DNA of 64,000 nt from Nymphaea colorata (taxonomy: Eukaryota), in assembly GCF_008831285.2 (NCBI RefSeq), contig NC_045138.2, positions 30,380,001 to 30,444,000 of the forward strand, given 5' to 3'. The stretch's first letter is position 1; each line of letters starts with the position of its first letter. The notes beneath the pieces are model-generated. The model ran no database searches, was not told where the DNA came from, and saw only the letters and a program-made list of their open reading frames with translations. Shown in pieces: positions 13,066 to 26,174 of this stretch. A program made the position numbers and the translations under genes.

Positions 13066-13943
13066 GTCCTCTATGTTTCGTTTCTTTCTTGTCACTCGAT
13101 TTTATTAATGCATCTTCCAATTTAACGGCTCTTTTTTTCTCTTTTACCAGTTGTACAAGGAACCTTATGATTCCTTCCTTGTTTCTTGCTCTATTATGAA
13201 TAGAAAGGCAGTTTTGACCCGACTTCTCCCCCGAGGTGCGACCAAATGAAACCTTTGGAGGACGGTCAGGTTTGTCGGAGGGCTGAGCGCCTTTGACTGA
13301 TCTAGTTTGGACCTTAGACCGAATCTGGCTGAATTCGTGTTTGGTGAGAAACAAAGTCCCATCAAAATTTGTCCGATATTGACCGATCGATCTAGTAACA
13401 TACCGTACCAGAAAAAGAGAGCAGCCTAACTCAACAATTTATACCCAACCCTCAGCCTTTCAATAGCCGGCTGGATATTAAGTCTAGCTCGAGTCAGTCA
13501 GCATACCATGCCCGGAGCTCAGGTCGACCCCGCCTGCTTTGGCTCGATTGTAGTAAAACATACATAAAATAATATTTTATAATGTATAAATATAACTAAT
13601 TATACTAAAAATATATATGTTTAACTAAAATAATATTTTTAATAAGCTGCTGAGCTAACTTAACATAGCCCGGTAACTTATCAAATCGACCTGACACCTA
13701 AACTTAGGACTCGAACCCGAATCAAACCGAGTACTCATCTAATATCGGGCCAGATGCCCACCCTTGCATATCAGAATTAAAATCAAACGTCTCCCCAACT
13801 AAGCTATGTCACGTGAACATGAGAACCCAAATATCAACGTACATTTAATGCCGATTTACTAAAGAAAAAGGACATACTTGAGCTACTTTTCACGTGAATC
13901 ACCTGACGCATACGAAAAGGGTGATAGGCAACTTAATTTCAAA

Positions 13944-14251
13944 TAAGCTTAGCCGCCGCGGCTAGACTCAGGCACAGGTTTGAGCCTGGGCCCAAAAAAA
14001 TGTGATTCAGGTTGGCACGACTTGTTATCGGGCCGGCCCGAGTGGACCCGATAAGCTCGGATCAGGTCTCATAATGATTGTTGTTAATTTTTGTATACAT
14101 TTATAATATTTTATTACCATTTTTATGTATTATTTTATATTAAAAATATTTTTTAAATGTATCGGGTCGGGCCTACCCGGGTCTGACTCGTTATCGGGCC
14201 AGCCTTGGCCCGACTCGTTATCGGGCCGGGCCGGCTCAATGCTCAGGCTTA
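13944..14251. mobile_element. hAT-type MITE of a CCCG/CGGG-rich family; relatives at about 13450-13765, 39110-39457 and 49790-50095
   Basis: TIRs TAAGCTTAGCC / TAAGCCTGAGC (reverse complement). 8-bp TSD ATTTCAAA (13936-13943) / ATTTCAAG (14252-14259). GC-rich arms flank an AT-rich centre. Confidence 0.75.
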
Positions 14252-15288
14252 ATTTCAAGACGAAAAGAAAAGCTAAAAAATGTTTTAATGTAATGTAATC
14301 AGTAATTGAAATTGATGGTAAAAGAGAAATGTGAATCAGAAGATCCTGAACTAAGTTCAAGCAATGCCATTGTACTGGTTAGGCTTTTTTCTGGGTAGTG
14401 GTGCGCCGGAAAGTTTCCCAGTCGGAGACCGGAAATCCGACCCTTACAAAACAAAAGAGTAAGTAAAGATGTCGACGACTTGAAGGGTTAAAAGATGCTC
14501 CAGTACAGATCCTTGACTCAGACATATAACCATAGATGGAGAAACAGCTTGGGAGGCATAATTTCAGGCGCACTTTCTGCTTCCCCACAACTTTTGATGG
14601 TACTACTACTATCCAAAACTCAAACTCAAACTCAAACTCAAACTCAAGCTTGGCTTGAACTTGAGTCGAGCTCCATAGAACAAGCTCGAGCTCGATTTGA
14701 CTATACAACATCAAACTCAAGCACAACTCGCTTAACTCGTCTAGCTCATTTCTATTAGCTCGTCAGATTTCTTTGAACTTGTTTAACTTGTCTAACTAAT
14801 GCAACTATGATGAACTAATTTTATGTAGTGGAGCTGAGCTAAGTCGAACCGAGTTTAAACATGTCAAGTTCTTACAACTCAAACTCGACTCACTTAACAT
14901 TTTGAATATAAATTTAAACCCAAGCTAGCTCGAGTCGAGCCTGAGTTGGCTCGACTGGTTGTGCAGTTGTTGCTGAAACTCTTCATGAGTTAACTGTATA
15001 TTTGATTTTACGAACTTTAGAAAGGAGAGGGATCTCAATTGGAAGTGAAATCCCTATCGGGAATTTGTATGCCCAATTAGCTCTTCATGTACATTTGATC
15101 TAACATTCTCATATTTTGAGACTCATGAATTTAAAATCTGACTCTCTGCCGTGATCTTGAATTAGATTTTTTTTGTTTTATGCAAAAAGTAAATGAGGAT
15201 GTCAAGTCCGAATCTTTATGTTTTGACTTAAAATCCTCAGTTTGATAAATTATAGATTTTAATATACATTTTTTTACCGAACTTGAAC

Positions 15289-15690
15289 CAGATGAATGCC
15301 GATTCCGTAGTTGAAGAGCCTAACAATACAACAAAAGAAAACCAATAAAATATTTTTACTGCTTAAGGAGTCATAGCGATGAAAATTTCTTATAGAACCA
15401 GGATTACCAGGCGCCATCAATTCCTCTTCCCCCTACCTTGTTCACCACTTTTGCTCTCTCCTCTCTTTTGTTTCTTAATTTTCAAGGATTCAAAGCTAGG
15501 ACGGAAACCGATCGGAATGCTGAAAAAACAGAGACGAACCGGAAAATCCCAACTACGACTTGGGAATCGCGGCTTCTCCTGCCGACTGTGACAAAAAATT
15601 CGATCGAAGACGTAGTAGACGACCCTAGCTAATCCAGAAAGAGATGGAGGACCAGGGGAAGACGCGAGATATTCGGATGGTGGCAGCAGC
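15289..15690 (-). pseudogene. Truncated paralog of the glyoxalase I-like gene
   Basis: Colinear with 8984-9556. It keeps the 5' leader, has the start codon changed to GTG (15448-15446), and lacks most of exon 1 (VNKVG...DGAW joined). Intron 1 donor GTAATCC and acceptor TTAG remain, and exon 2 begins LFNYGIGIHL before similarity stops. Confidence 0.9.
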
Positions 15691-16683
15691 ATGGGATCTT
15701 TGTCGAGGTCTTCTCTAACTCCCGAATTTTTTATTTTTATTTTTGTCCCCATCGATCGACCAACCGTCGCATTGACGTTGTACTGCAGTTTCGCCATTAA
15801 TTCAGATGACCCCATACAGATATTCTCCCATATGATTGAAAAGGTGAAGGAAAGGGAGGAGCTAAGAGCCATGCCAAGATGTCGGTGGCATGCCTTCATC
15901 TCAGTAACCTTTTCCCAATTGGGGATCTGTTGTTAAGTAAGCATTCACCACATCATGTTAAAAGGATATGCCACATCGTTTTGAGAGCTTGTCTGCGTTC
16001 TTCAATGGCTATAATTTGGGCACTTCGAGAGTTACAAATAGTGATTCGATTCATTTAACCAAGCAAGTTTTCAACTTTGTTTGGCTGTAGGATTCAGACT
16101 TTGATGCCTTCCTGCTACCACTTCGCTTCTATTTGCAGCACTAATGGCAGATGGTATGCACGACATGTTGGTTTCCTCCACATTCAGCGGCATGGGATCT
16201 TTATCGAGGTCTTCTCTAGCTCCCAATTTTTTTTGTTTTTGTTTTTGTCCCCATCGATCGACCACCCGTCGCATTGACGTTGTACTGCAGTCTCGCCATT
16301 AATTCAGATGACCCCATACAGATATTCTCCCATATGATTGAAAAGGTGAAGGAAAGGGAGGAGCTAAGAGCCATGGCAAGATGTCGGTGGTACGTCTTCA
16401 TCTCAGTAACCTTTTCCAAATTGGAGATCTGTTGTTAAGCATTCACCATATCATGTTTAAAGAATATGCCACATCGTTTTGAGAGCTTGTCTGTGTTCTT
16501 CAATGGCTATAATTTCGGCACTTCCAGAGTTACAAATAGTGATTCAATTTATTTAACCAAGAAAGTTTTCAACTTTGTTAAGTTGTAGGATTCAGACTTT
16601 AATGTCTTTCTGCTACCACTTTGCTTCTATTTGCAGCACTAATGACAGATGATATGCACCAACATGCTGGTTTCCTCCACATT
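15685..16683. repeat. Tandem duplication of an approximately 500-bp unit (15685-16184 and 16185-16683)
   Basis: Both units begin near CATGGGATCTTT(G/A)TCGAGGTC and end GGTTTCCTCCACATT. They are highly similar throughout. Confidence 0.92.
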
Positions 16684-17216
16684 TATGTGTGATGTGTTGT
16701 TGTTGAGAAGTTCAACTGCTCTTGGCCCTGCCACCATGGTTTTTCTTTGCTTGTGGACAAGCCATGGCACCTTAAGTATTTGTTTTTTTCATTGATTCAA
16801 CTGTGTTAGGCAGATCTGCTGATGATTAGAGGACTATATTTCTTTTGTGGGGGCTTACTGTTTTTTCTTTGGGTTCTATAATTTCAGAACAAAGAGACAG
16901 ACCACTTTTTGTAATTTTATAATAAAAGTCATGCTCTTCATAAAAGGAATCAAATGGGGTCCTCAAGTAAACTTACTATAGTCTCAAACACAGAAAAAAT
17001 GAGCTGCAATTTTTTCTAAACATCATTCTGTACTCATACAAATCCTTATCTTTCTTTGCTTTTGTCAGTTTATAATGTTCATAACACAAAAAATGGTATT
17101 TTATCTAAGAATTGTATTTTCACATACCAACTGCAGTTCTTATTATTTTGCACATAGAGATTAAGCGAATCCCAACCAATTAGTGTGTCATAAAAATGTA
17201 TGTGGATATGGTCTCA

Positions 17217-17455
17217 AGGGGCATAGCGTAGCTGGTCGAGCTAGGGGCCTGTATTAAGGCAGGTCTCTAGTTCGATTCCCGTGGGCACTATGTTCCTGTG
17301 TCTTAAGACGGTAGGGCGTGGCACCCAAGCTGAAGGGTGTACCGTTGCTATCGCTGACACCGACGCAGCTCAGGACTCCAAAGGCAGGGAGAATGGGGGG
17401 GCCTTCGGGCCTTTTTCAGACGGTGGGTTTCATATAACCTTAAATTAACCAACAA
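17217..17455 (+). mobile_element. tRNA-derived SINE-like element, family A
   Basis: Box A TAGCGTAGCTGG and box B GTTCGATTCC at tRNA spacing, followed by an unrelated body. A second copy lies at about 21840-22060. No TSD found. Confidence 0.65.
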
Positions 17456-18098
17456 ATGACTCCTAATTTGTGCTGAGCCCGTGAAAATTTTGGCCAGCTA
17501 GCTAATCAAATGCAAGAAGTATAGTGTGTTTGAGAAGATAAAAAATCACGCAACAAGTGTATTGTGCTTGAGAAGGCAAGAAATTAGGCAAGAAATTAAG
17601 GCAAACAAGCAGACAAGTTTGAACTTTCACATCAAGCGTGAACAATGTGTGCAAAGGCCTATTAAACGTTATCTTGATGTTGGTGACGGAAGGTCTAGTC
17701 ATTGAGAATATCCAGAATGGTGCCATCTATGTCGCTTTCAAAGCCATCTTGACTACTTTTCCCTCCAGAAAAAAATATCTCACATGCAGACAGTAGCAAT
17801 CAGCATTGAATTATATACGAAACGCCAACTCACATTGAATTGATGCATAACTGGTGGTTGAGTGTCTCTTCTTCTTCTTCCTCCTCTTCTTTTTCTTCTT
17901 CTTTTTTTTTCTCTCTCTCTCTCTCTCTCTCCAACCAGCTTGCGGGGTAGCTCTGGTAGGACTTATGGCACCAGACAATGCATCTCATGTTCGATTCTTA
18001 TAGGCATTATATATTAGTAAAAAAGATGAAGATGGTGTCATGCGGATTAAGGACCACGGTTGTAGTTGTGCCCCCCTTTCCCTCCCTCCAACTCTCTT

Positions 18099-18308
18099 TA
18101 GTGGTGGAGCCGGAAAATTTTGGTTGAGGGGAAGTAATCGACCTCTCGCTTGAAAGAATGAGTGATTACAGGGCATTAACTCAGGTCTGGCCTGGGCACC
18201 ACATGCAGCTGGACGTAGCTGTACTTATCTCTAGCTTAATCACATGCAAGATTTCAAGAGCTGGCGTGGGCCACTGCCCACGCCAATCACACAGTAGCTC
18301 CGCTACTG
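18099..18308. mobile_element. hAT-type MITE, CAGTGGCGGAGCC family
   Basis: TIRs TAGTGGTGGAGC / CAGTAGCGGAGC (reverse complement). TSD ACTCTCTT / GCTCTCTC. The subterminal hairpin TGGCGTGGGC-CACT-GCCCACGCCA is shared with the 26175 and 35261 copies. Confidence 0.7.
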
Positions 18309-19502
18309 GCTCTCTCTCTTGTAGGTTCCATGCTGGCATTGGCTTATATATAGTTGACAACCATGAAATTGAACAGCGATTGGTCTATTATCAACCGCTG
18401 CCCCGACTAATTGTATGTGCCAAATCTTTGACTTGCATCCTCTAACATTAAATTTTATATCTTCATGCCGGCCGGCCACCTGACTTGTAAATGTGGTTGC
18501 ACCTCTTATTTTCATGAAATGTGATGCATAGGAAATGAAGGGCATTCTCAATGTTCATATAAATATTTATGAGCAAAAAGATATGGTCAAAATATTCAAA
18601 TATTTAAAAAAGATTTATGTGCAAAGATGAAAAATTTCATGTAATTACTAGTGTGAATTAAATGACAAACGGCTCTCATGATTATATGCATCAATAGATC
18701 ATCAAGTTTATGTATGTTTCTTGGATATTTTGCCATAAAGAGACACTTTTGATTAACTATTCTTTGTTTTTTTTTTTTGTGCAATTTGCTTTGGTATGTG
18801 TGACACTAGAAGTTTCCATACCTTAAGGACAAATTCCAGCCTGAAATTTTCTTAGAGTATGTGTGACTACCATTGATCATCTAAGATTCACAAAAATCAA
18901 GATTCATGAATTTAATTTAAGATCAGACTCTCCCCCTCCAAAACTAGACCTATTAAATTGTTCATCCAAAACGTAAATCCAAATCTACTTGCGATGTTTA
19001 GTTTCATGAGCTATAGATTTTAGAGTAGATCTTTCACCGCATAACAAAAAGAATGGCATGTGAGATCCATGGATCTAAAATATGAGGTTAACAAACATAA
19101 TATATATGATGTTTCAATAATCTGAGATGCTTGAATCCACAGCCATGAAAGTCTGCTTTGGATTTTAAACGCAGCGAGAAATAGTGAGGCTAATATACCT
19201 CTAAGTACATATTATTGTTCTCAAAGAGCGTGACTTAGAAATTTATTTACATATTGGTTATCTCTAATTACCATTTGCATATTCATATATTGAGCCCCTC
19301 GATCATTTACTTAACGTCCTTCAATTATTTTATTATGTATTTGAAAGTCTTAAGTTTTCTTTTGGGCAAGCGTCCCTCAGCCAAAAAATTTAATTAGCAC
19401 TGCCACTATATTGCATGCAATTTGACAGGTTTCGTCTCAATCAGATGGGCCAGGTTGGTCTAGTATCTTGCCAACATTAAATTATAAGGTGCTCTTCTAG
19501 GA

Positions 19503-19553
<51 letters not shown>

Positions 19554-20724
19554 CCTTTTTTTATCACAATTTCTCCGCAGGTTTTAGAGTTTGATCATAC
19601 TTGGGTATGCATATCTCAGTATACTAAGCTGGTAGATGTCTATTTATTATCTTAATAATTTCCTGAGGATAAATTTATTTTTCAGATTCTGCCGTAACTT
19701 TCAATAACTTGAGTTAAATGTTTTCTTCTAAGTGCATGACAATTTGCATAATTTCCTTTAAAAAAGCACTTTCTTTCCCTTAGTTGCAATGAGTAGCTGC
19801 CCAAAAATAATGTCAAGTAACTCAAGGAAAGAAACAAGTTATAAACATCATCCTAGGAAGCAAATAAGTGAGATCTTAATTAGCAATATAAATATTTTAA
19901 GTGGTTAATTAACAAATAAATTTATTGACCACCGGCTTCATTTCCTATATGGTAAATCCATACGCCAAGAAGCTTAACCGATAATTGTATTTAGGTCCGA
20001 CATGCATTAATTCAAATCCGAATCCAAGTCCAATTTTCTTAATTAACTATATCAAATTGTCTTATTACTAAGTAAATGCATATCTAATCAACATAACTTC
20101 TTTTGAAATCGTTAATCACTAGTTTGGATTATATAAAACGGTAGATGCTACAAACTAGAATGTCTTAATCTATGTTACAGTGGAATCACATTCTACCTTC
20201 TCTTCATTCTTAAGGAAAAGGGACCTTTCAAGGACCAAAATGCACACTTAAATGGCTCATTGGCCCATATTGATTTGATAATAGAAGGCATGCATAGTAG
20301 TCGTCATTATCTTGCACTGTGAAGATATCTCCAAGTTTTCCTCAGACTTGTATGCATCTTTTGGATTCATTCTCCCATTGGAACAATATAATATTGGCTA
20401 AATTATGAAGTTGATGGCCTATGATTGGCTTAAATATGGATCGCGGCTTCTAAATCTGATTCATGAGCACATAAATTTTGAATTTTTCATAAAAAAGGTC
20501 ACGTGGATGGATTTAGTACACCAATTTAGTGAGTATCAGCGTGCACATGATAATTTAGGGAGAATATGAGACAATGGCTGCCTTTGTCCATCATCGTAAT
20601 GATTTGATAGTTTTCCTTTTTTGCCAAAAAAATATCATTCATGAGATCGATTCATATGAAATGGTTAATAATGAGCCCTAGTCTGATTTTTATGAAATAA
20701 TAATGCATAATTCATACTTTGAAC

Positions 20725-21349
20725 TGGGATATGGGAAAATCGATATGGAACAAAATTAATATCTGATTAAGAAATCAGATTGGATTTGGATTTGGATTTA
20801 AAAAATGACATCTGATCAGATTCAAAATTGGATTTGGATTCAAGTATACATAAATGTTCGATCGGATTTAGATTAGATTTATATTAAATAAATATCATAT
20901 AAGGGTAGGCGCCGGGCAGGGCCGCCGGCGGGGGCCCGGCACCCTTTTGGGTGCGGCCCGGCCCGGGTCCGTGCTTGAAAAACCCGGGCCCGATGGGCCG
21001 ACCCGAAAATATATTTTATATGAAAAAATTATTTTATACTTTTTTATTATATCCAGGCCGGGCACGGCTCAGGTTTTGGGTATCAGGCCTGGGACCTGAT
21101 TTTTGACATCGGACCGACTCGATGCCTAAACCTATTTTTTAATGCTATTACATTTTGAAAATCTGCAAAATTCAGATTCAAATATAAATGTAAAAATTGA
21201 ATTCTAATCTGATTCGGATTGTGGAATCAATTTTTGGGTTTCGAATTTGGATATGACTTATTTTTGTTCATATTTGAATTTGAATCAGAATATATGAATG
21301 TCCGAAAAAAATAGATACGGTTAAGGGTATTATCCATTGACATCTCCTA
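20725..21349. mobile_element. hAT-type MITE (TAGGGATGTCAA family) with a nested CCCG-family MITE at 20900-21134
   Basis: The outer element has GGATTT/CAGATT arrays and ends in TTGACATCTCCTA, like 48184-48591. The inner element is GC-rich with TIRs TAAGGGTAGGC...GCCTAAACCTA. Confidence 0.6.
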
Positions 21350-21839
21350 CCGGTTCATATGAGATAATCCCCTCATCTCTCACAGGCCGTTTGGTACAAA
21401 GAACAGTGTGTCCTTGGAACACGTGTCCATATTAGTGTTTCAAAAAATATAAAGTTCAACTATCGCTAGCATGCAATTGTTGGATCCAAAAATAATGACA
21501 TCCATGATACTACATCATGTTTTCTGGAACAAAATTGTGTCCTAAGTGTTTTAAGAACATGGTGTTTCCAAATCATATTTTAGGTCAGCATGGCCATTGG
21601 AAGTTAAACCCATATGAATAGATTTGTCATAATTCATTTACTTAATCTGAACCTATCTTCAAGTCACTGGAATGTGTCCAGCTAAATACAAGAAGTGAAA
21701 AACCATAATTTTCTTTAACATCCCTTTCTATGTCTCTTATATGAGTAGCTTATTATAAGTTTTCTGATTTTGCTTTTATTTACATAATGGTGGTCATGAT
21801 GTAGGTCATGTCTTTAACAGGTCTTCACTAGGCTGGCCC

Positions 21840-22060
21840 AGGTGGCTTAGTATAGCAGGTCGGGTGGTTATGTGAGTGAGAATCTGGTCAACAGTTTGAT
21901 TCCTATGCGCACTAAATTCTTGGATTTAATAAGTACAACTCTCTAGTCATTAGGTGTACCATAGATCCGCCCAGGTTCCAAAATAGGTTTAGACCTTCGA
22001 GGCAGTAGAATGGATGGGGGGGTTTTGTCACTCTTATAGGACGTTGGAATGAAATATTTC
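21840..22060 (+). mobile_element. Diverged second copy of SINE-like family A
   Basis: GTTTGATTCCTATGCGCACTA versus GTTCGATTCCCGTGGGCACTA in the 17217 copy. GGTGTACC and GGCAG..AGAATGG..GGGGG occur in the same order. Confidence 0.5.
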
Positions 22061-23925
22061 TCCTGCCCACCTAAGTAGGTTGGCCACTTTTGAATTCTCT
22101 GTAGACCCATGCACATACATCTATTGATTGTTAAGAACGCATTAGGCTCTTCGTTCATGAACCATGAGAGAAAAAAAAAAGTCTTGTAAGACATATTTAG
22201 TGAATGTGTATGGCGAACTATTAATATCCCCAGCTCCAAAAGAAGTTTTTTTTAATTATTATGTCTATCGGGTCCAAATAACTTCCACATTTTGGCTTTG
22301 ACCATTGAATCTTGATCATCCTTTTTGTCCTTGCACTAGAGATGAAGGTAACTGATTGCTTATAAATATGCAGAAATGCAGAAATGCAGCTTAATGAATC
22401 TGGATAATACACACCATATGTATATCAACATGCAGTATTCCTCTTCTTCTCAAGGTTCAGGTTTTGGGCTTCCCAAATCAGGCCAGAGTTGTGGCTATTA
22501 CAGCTCTCATGTAAATTGTGGAAAGGATTTAACAGACACACACGAAACAAATACCAGATAAGAAGAACGTAGTGTTTTGTTCCTAAAATCATCAAACGGT
22601 GGACAAGAAACACCATTGTCCATGAGAACAAGACAAAAGCGTAATGGACAGGATGTCATGTTTGTTCTGTCTTAGTGGACAGCAATCAAACGACCTCTAA
22701 GGGAACATCAGGCTCGAGACATTCCAAATCTAAAAAGGTGAAACCAAATAGCTAGTTCAATCAGTTACAAGGAGATGGAAGGCAGCAAAAGCCGGGCAAA
22801 CCAATCCTATGGTCCTTGGATTGATTAATCTTCCAGTTGTTATTTTATAAACTTGAGGGGCATAATGTAGTTGGTGAGACTAGAAAAATGGTGAAAGTTT
22901 GGTACTTAGTTTGATTCTCATAGGCACTATTCTTATGAACTGCAAACAATAGATGCATGATGCTCTAATTGATACGTATACCTCTCCTTACCAAAGTTTT
23001 GAAGCATCCTAGCCCAGGGAGTAAGGGAAAAGAAGGAAGGTCTGCAGCCTCCTTGGGGTATCGCCACTAATAGTCTCAACTTATTGTCTGGTATATAAAA
23101 TCTGATCTAGACAATGAATTTTCAAGGATTTAGTTTGGTACCATTCAATTATGCATCAATTTATGTGCTTAGGCTCCTGAAAAGAAATGCATAGATCCAT
23201 TGGAAACCCTAAACCATAAACCCCAGCATAATCTAAAGACCCGTCAGATGCAAACGGTATCGGAAGAGAGGATCATGAATAACAGATTAAAAATAAGTGC
23301 TGGCCAGTAGCCCAAAGATATTCGTTTAGGAGTTGTTCGTTCAGAAATACAAGTGCACTAGACTAACGATGTTGAGAACACTTTGGTCAAGAACAAAAGA
23401 AGACCATGTCCAAAGGACATTTTGTTCTTTTGTTCGTTGTTTGGTTAGCTGGTTGATCAGCATTCCCCTCACATGCTGTCAAGCATTTGATTGCATTATC
23501 ATGATAACAAAGTTCTCGAAATATTTGATTCAAAGTTGATAAAATCTTTCTGTAATCCTGCTGTTTGTTTACCAAAGAGGTCCTGTTGATACCGTGAAAC
23601 ATGCTTTGTTTTCTCAATCAAAAACCCGTCATCCACAACTGTTATATATATAAAAAAAAGAACTTCTCTATTGGAGAGTATTGATACGTATCAGCTCCTT
23701 GCTAATGCAATACAGGTCCAGTCATGCCAGTTTATATATTTATGCATTCTTATTTTAAAAATTACTTTAACATATGCTAATTATGCTTAATTTTAAAATA
23801 AAAATAAGGCAACATGGGTCGATAGAGAATGATATGTTCATATTGATATATCATGGCAGTGAACAAATCAATATATACACCAACATTCGTATTTAAAATG
23901 TTGATCGGCAACCTCATACGACATA

Positions 23926-24136
23926 CTCGAGGGGTGATAGCGTACTGGGCGGCAAAGTGGTATGTCACCTTTGAGGACTCAGGTTCGAGTCTTAGAGTGG
24001 TCACTGTCACGTCCTATTATGCTCTACCTCTGAACAGTAAAAAAAAGTTTCGAAGCATGCTCTTTGAAACCCAAGGGGGTAGACACAACCTCTCTTAGGG
24101 GCGGTGGAATGAACCACTCACCCTTAAAAAAAAAAA
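23926..24136 (+). mobile_element. Complete tRNA-derived SINE, family B, with poly(A) tail and 16-bp TSD
   Basis: Box A TAGCGTACTGG (23938-23948), box B GGTTCGAGTC (23982-23991) and an A-tail. TSD AACCTCATACGACATA (23910-23925) / AACCTCATACAACATA (24137-24152). Confidence 0.88.
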
Positions 24137-26174
24137 AACCTCATACAACATAAGTAAAAAAAAAAACTATTATTTTTAATAAATGTAAGTAAATTTTATT
24201 ATTACATATCACATGCTTAAGTTGTAATTACTTGTGGTAGAACCTTTGTTTCTTAAAGAGGTGATTGACAACGCTATGTTAGTGTCGCTAAGGGGGTTTG
24301 GTGCAACGGTTAGAGCAGGGGCTGGTGCAACGGTTAGGGCGGAGGTTGGTTGGTGGCCAGTTTCTTTTCCAAATGTTCGGGGCATCAACTCTTTATTATA
24401 AAAAAGGAAGGTACCTTAGGAGAATAAGGGGTTGGATTTGAACTTTGGCTCTTTTCTGAGTAGTAGGATCAAATACTCCTCCTACTCATCCAAACAATAC
24501 TATGTTAATGTTCCTATCGTCGAAGATCTCTTAAGAGTATAATTGTTTCCCCATGGATATGAGAACCAAATGGGATAGTTATTGTGGACAACCAACGTTT
24601 AATCACTGTTTTGTAGTCATGAGACTCACTATTTAAACAAGCAGTGGAAGAGATGATTGCTACTCTAATTCATGATCAACTCCACAACTAAACTACGAAG
24701 AATTGAACGGAATGAGAAACAAAATGAAAATAAATGTAGAAGGAGAAAGGGAAACTCAAAGAAAACTTAGGGTTTTCATTCAAACGAAGACTGATGTAGG
24801 CTAAAACATGGATCCACGGATCTAGATCCAGAACAAAGGAACAATAAATAAATCCTAAAATATTAAACTGGATCTCATGCCTTCAACTCCTGCATCACAA
24901 TCTAAGGCTATGCTTGACAGCTTTGAATATGAGATCCGAGGTTGATCTCAAAATCGCGTTTGATAAAATCCACTGCTGAAGTAAACAGTGGACTAAAGAT
25001 TGACATTATATTATAAAAACCATGGGTATTGGATCCATGTGGAAAATTAATTAGTGGTAGCCTCGAATCTCAAGTAAGAGTCTATCAAACATGGCCTAAT
25101 TAGTTTTTTTTTTTTTTGGTGTTATCTTTGTAAGTCATGTCAGTCTAAACTCACTAGTTGGGAGTTTCTGAATCAGACTTAGTTTAGACATTGAGGGGCT
25201 TCTTGTTGTCAAGAAGATAGAAAAACTTTGTTAATCATTGAGATATTTAAGCTTTTAATTTTTAATACTATGTCCAATTCTAAGATGATTTAAGAAATGT
25301 TCTTGGAATCATACAGTTGAAACACTACGTGAGTGTTTTAGGAATTTGCGTTAAAGATTTGAAACACTATGTAAGTGTTCTTATGAATTTGCGGCTAAAA
25401 GATTTGAGCATGAATTTTGAGCATATTCATGAACATGAGCCCGTTTTGCTGTTTTCTAAAAGGGTCAACTTGAGAGTAAAAAAGTTTAAAATTTTACGTG
25501 TTTATCACTCATGCCAATCCATTTTTCCTATTAACTATATAACAGGAAGAAAGAGATGACATGGTAAACAAATAATGAGCGTAAGTAAACTCTGATGGAT
25601 GAGATTCAGATTGAATATCGGATTGAACTACTTCAGAAAAGTCAGATACATAAGTTTAACATCCAATTAAGAACTTAACTAAGATTCTAATTTGGAAAAT
25701 GACAACCGGATTCCAATTCAAATTCAAGTTTAAATAAATATCAATGGAGTTCAGATTCAGTTTTAAATAAATATCATATTATCAAATATCCATACATTTC
25801 CAAAATCAATTTTAACATATATAATGTGATTCATGTTTAGTTGTATATTTAAAAAATCAAACTCATATTCAGATGTGAATATGATTCATATATGGCATAG
25901 ACTTTTTTTGTTCGAGTGAAATCTAAATATGTGAATAATAAGGTAAGGTAAAGGGAACATCTGATTCAAGCACGATCCGTTTGCACTCCAATTTTGAAAC
26001 GTAAGTACATCATCTATGTGGTTTAATCGACTGCCTTGTAAAATCTCTGCTTCCTTTTGTCACCAATGCATTAAATCTTTATTTTGTGATGCACCAAGCT
26101 AATTGATGATATTGGGTGAATGGGAAATGCCACCGTCTGAATGAAGACCAAAGTCATTCTCATTCCTCTCATCC

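Noticed and set aside
17217..17290. Possible tRNA gene
   Set aside because: A and B boxes are present, but I see no consistent cloverleaf or acceptor stem, and the sequence continues into a repeated body, which fits a SINE.
18262..18285. Perfect 10-bp hairpin as a terminator, Helitron end or miRNA
   Set aside because: It is the subterminal palindrome of the hAT MITE family also seen at 26175 and 35383.
24654..24897. Solo LTR (TGAT...ATCA)
   Set aside because: Composition is LTR-like, but I found no matching 5-bp TSD and the left end is ambiguous.
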